Shown: in pieces, positions 62,621-64,000 of the stretch
How positions within the stretch are numbered: the first letter of the stretch is position 1
How the letters are laid out: the number at the start of each line of letters is the position of its first letter
Origin: an uncultured candidate division Zixibacteria bacterium
GTDB taxonomy: Bacteria; Zixibacteria; MSB-5A5; UBA10806
Reading direction: 5' to 3'
Length of the DNA: 64,000 nt
NCBI GenBank assembly: GCA_963817915.1
Contig: CAWFQL010000012.1
Span: 288,001-352,000, forward strand
Made by a program: the position numbers and the translations under genes
The notes under the pieces: model-generated
What the model was told of the DNA's origin: nothing
Seen by the model: only the letters and a program-made list of their open reading frames with translations
Database searches by the model: none

Positions 62621-63472
62621 ATGAAATACAACAAACTAACGCCAAATGAGGAGTATGTGATAATCGGCAAGGGCACTGAGCCTCCTTTTAGCGGTAAATA
62701 TTATAATTTCGACGAATCCGGGACGTATGTCTGTCGCAGATGTAATACGCCGCTATTTCGATCAGCTGATAAATTTGATTCCGGTTGCGGATGGCCAAGT
62801 TTCGATGATGAAATTCCCGGAGCGATAATCAAATCGACTGATGCTGACGGATTTCGTACCGAAATTTCCTGCTCCGTCTGCGGAGCTCATCTGGGACATA
62901 TGTTCGAAGGGGAAGGTTTTACCGAGAAAGATATCAGGCATTGTGCAAATTCAATTTCGCTCGATTTTATCGCAAATGAAAAAGCAATAAAGACCGAAAA
63001 GTCTTATTTTGCGGGCGGCTGTTTTTGGGGAACGGAACATCTTCTAAAAAAGCTCGAAGGTGTCGTCTCTACACGAGTTGGATATATGGGCGGGCATAAG
63101 GAGAAGCCTACCTATCATCAGGTTTGCGATGGCAATACCGGCCACGCGGAAACTGTCGAAATTGAATTTGATACGGCCCAAACCGATTTCGAAAAAATAG
63201 CTCGGATGTTTTTTGAGATTCATGACCCTACTCAGATCGACCGTCAGGGTCCTGATATTGGCGAACAATATCGATCTGCTATTTTCTATACAAATGAGGA
63301 TCAAAAACAGGTGGCCGAAAAGCTCATTAGTTTTCTCAAAGAAAAAGGATATCGAGTAGTCACAGAAATTGTCAAAGCTGAGAAATTTTGGGAAGCGGAG
63401 GATTATCATCAGGATTACTATGGACTTAATGGCCATAAGCCTTATTGCCATTTTTATACAAAGCGATTTTAG
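62621..63472 (+). CDS. msrAB: Bifunctional methionine sulfoxide reductase MsrB-MsrA
   Basis: GTE.PF, GCGWPSF, HLGH.F, RHCANS; AGGCFWG, AEDYHQDY. Start may be a few codons earlier. Confidence 0.93.
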   Translation: MKYNKLTPNEEYVIIGKGTEPPFSGKYYNFDESGTYVCRRCNTPLFRSADKFDSGCGWPSFDDEIPGAIIKSTDADGFRTEISCSVCGAHLGHMFEGEGFTEKDIRHCANSISLDFIANEKAIKTEKSYFAGGCFWGTEHLLKKLEGVVSTRVGYMGGHKEKPTYHQVCDGNTGHAETVEIEFDTAQTDFEKIARMFFEIHDPTQIDRQGPDIGEQYRSAIFYTNEDQKQVAEKLISFLKEKGYRVVTEIVKAEKFWEAEDYHQDYYGLNGHKPYCHFYTKRF

Positions 63473-63496
63473 GAAATGGATAAATAGGAGAAAAAT

Positions 63497-64000
63497 ATGA
63501 AAATAGGAATAATCGGCTCTGGAATGGTGGCTCAACAGTTGGCTCTAGGATTTATGAAATCGGGCCATGAGGTCATGATGGGCTCTCGAAACCCCTCGAA
63601 ATTAGATAAGTGGACGCAAGAAGCGGGAGCAAAAGCCCAAGTAAGCAGCTTCGAGGATGCCGCTAAATTCGGCGAAATGATTGTTTTGGCTACCAAGTGG
63701 GACAAAAAAGCCACCGAGAATGCGATTGATCTTGCGGGCAAGAAAAATTTCGCGAATAAAATTGTTATCGATGTCACCAATCCGTTGACTTCCCCAGGCG
63801 ATGGTCAGCCACTTACACTTGCTGTGGGATTTCCTCAATCGGCGGGATTACTTATTCAGAAATGGCTGCCGGATTCCAAGGTAGTCAAAGCATTCAATAT
63901 TGTGACTGCCTATTATATGGCTAATCCTAATCTCAAAGAGGGAACCCCTGACATGTTTATTGCTGGTAATGATATATCGGCAAAGAAAATTGTCTTTGAT
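63497..64000 (+). CDS. NADPH-dependent F420 reductase-family oxidoreductase (runs off the window; absent from the ORF track)
   Basis: AGGAG RBS; MKIGIIGSGMVA..GSRNP..VIDVTNPL..VVKAFN. Confidence 0.88.
   Translation, partial: MKIGIIGSGMVAQQLALGFMKSGHEVMMGSRNPSKLDKWTQEAGAKAQVSSFEDAAKFGEMIVLATKWDKKATENAIDLAGKKNFANKIVIDVTNPLTSPGDGQPLTLAVGFPQSAGLLIQKWLPDSKVVKAFNIVTAYYMANPNLKEGTPDMFIAGNDISAKKIVFD

Noticed and set aside
891..63838. Numerous short antisense or overlapping ORFs in the ORF track (e.g. 6535-7158, 26021-26701, 34046-34639, 43277-43873)
   Set aside because: They shadow well-supported genes and show no family motifs.
1..64000. CRISPR array, rRNA, intact tRNA, reverse transcriptase/DGR
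   Set aside because: No regularly spaced direct repeats, no full cloverleaf and no RT motifs seen. The dockerin repeats are coding and differ largely at synonymous sites, not at adenines specifically.

Overview
Bacterial genomic window of moderate GC. T9SS-type C-terminal domains and dockerin-tailed secreted proteins suggest an FCB-group organism, possibly Zixibacteria-like (inference only). Left to right: (1) a truncated tyrosine-recombinase relic. (2) A tightly coupled 10-gene operon: hdrC, hdrB, hdrA N-half, NuoE/HydC-like, NuoF/HydB-like, a NuoG/HydA-N::hdrA C-half fusion, mvhD, mvhG, mvhA and a maturation protease. A HydABC-like NAD(P)H module is spliced into the middle of HdrA, and a Rex-like operator precedes the operon. 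(3) A cluster of large secreted proteins (M1 aminopeptidase, a multidomain protein with no recognisable catalytic site, S8 protease, M14 carboxypeptidase, C25 gingipain-like protein and a decayed gene), all ending in the same Cys-rich dockerin-like tail. A seventh copy of the tail sits on a metallophosphoesterase at 52-53 kb. Two ~110-bp repeats with a tRNA-Ser 3'-end core (att-like) punctuate the cluster. (4) A MacAB/FtsX-type ABC exporter, ygiQ, an orphan, EamA and an amidase. (5) T9SS-CTD proteins (cupredoxin, FG-GAP protein, PQQ-type sugar dehydrogenase), tkt-gnd-zwf-pgl, cystathionine beta-synthase and gamma-lyase, pirin, a nitronate monooxygenase-family gene, AhpD-like, a DksA-finger/PP2C fusion, msrBA and a partial F420-oxidoreductase-family gene. 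Seven genes carry single-base frameshifts that look like sequencing indels. No rRNA, intact tRNA or CRISPR array was seen. The two strongest candidates for novel systems are the split-HdrA/HydABC/Mvh complex and the dockerin-tagged extracellular protease consortium.
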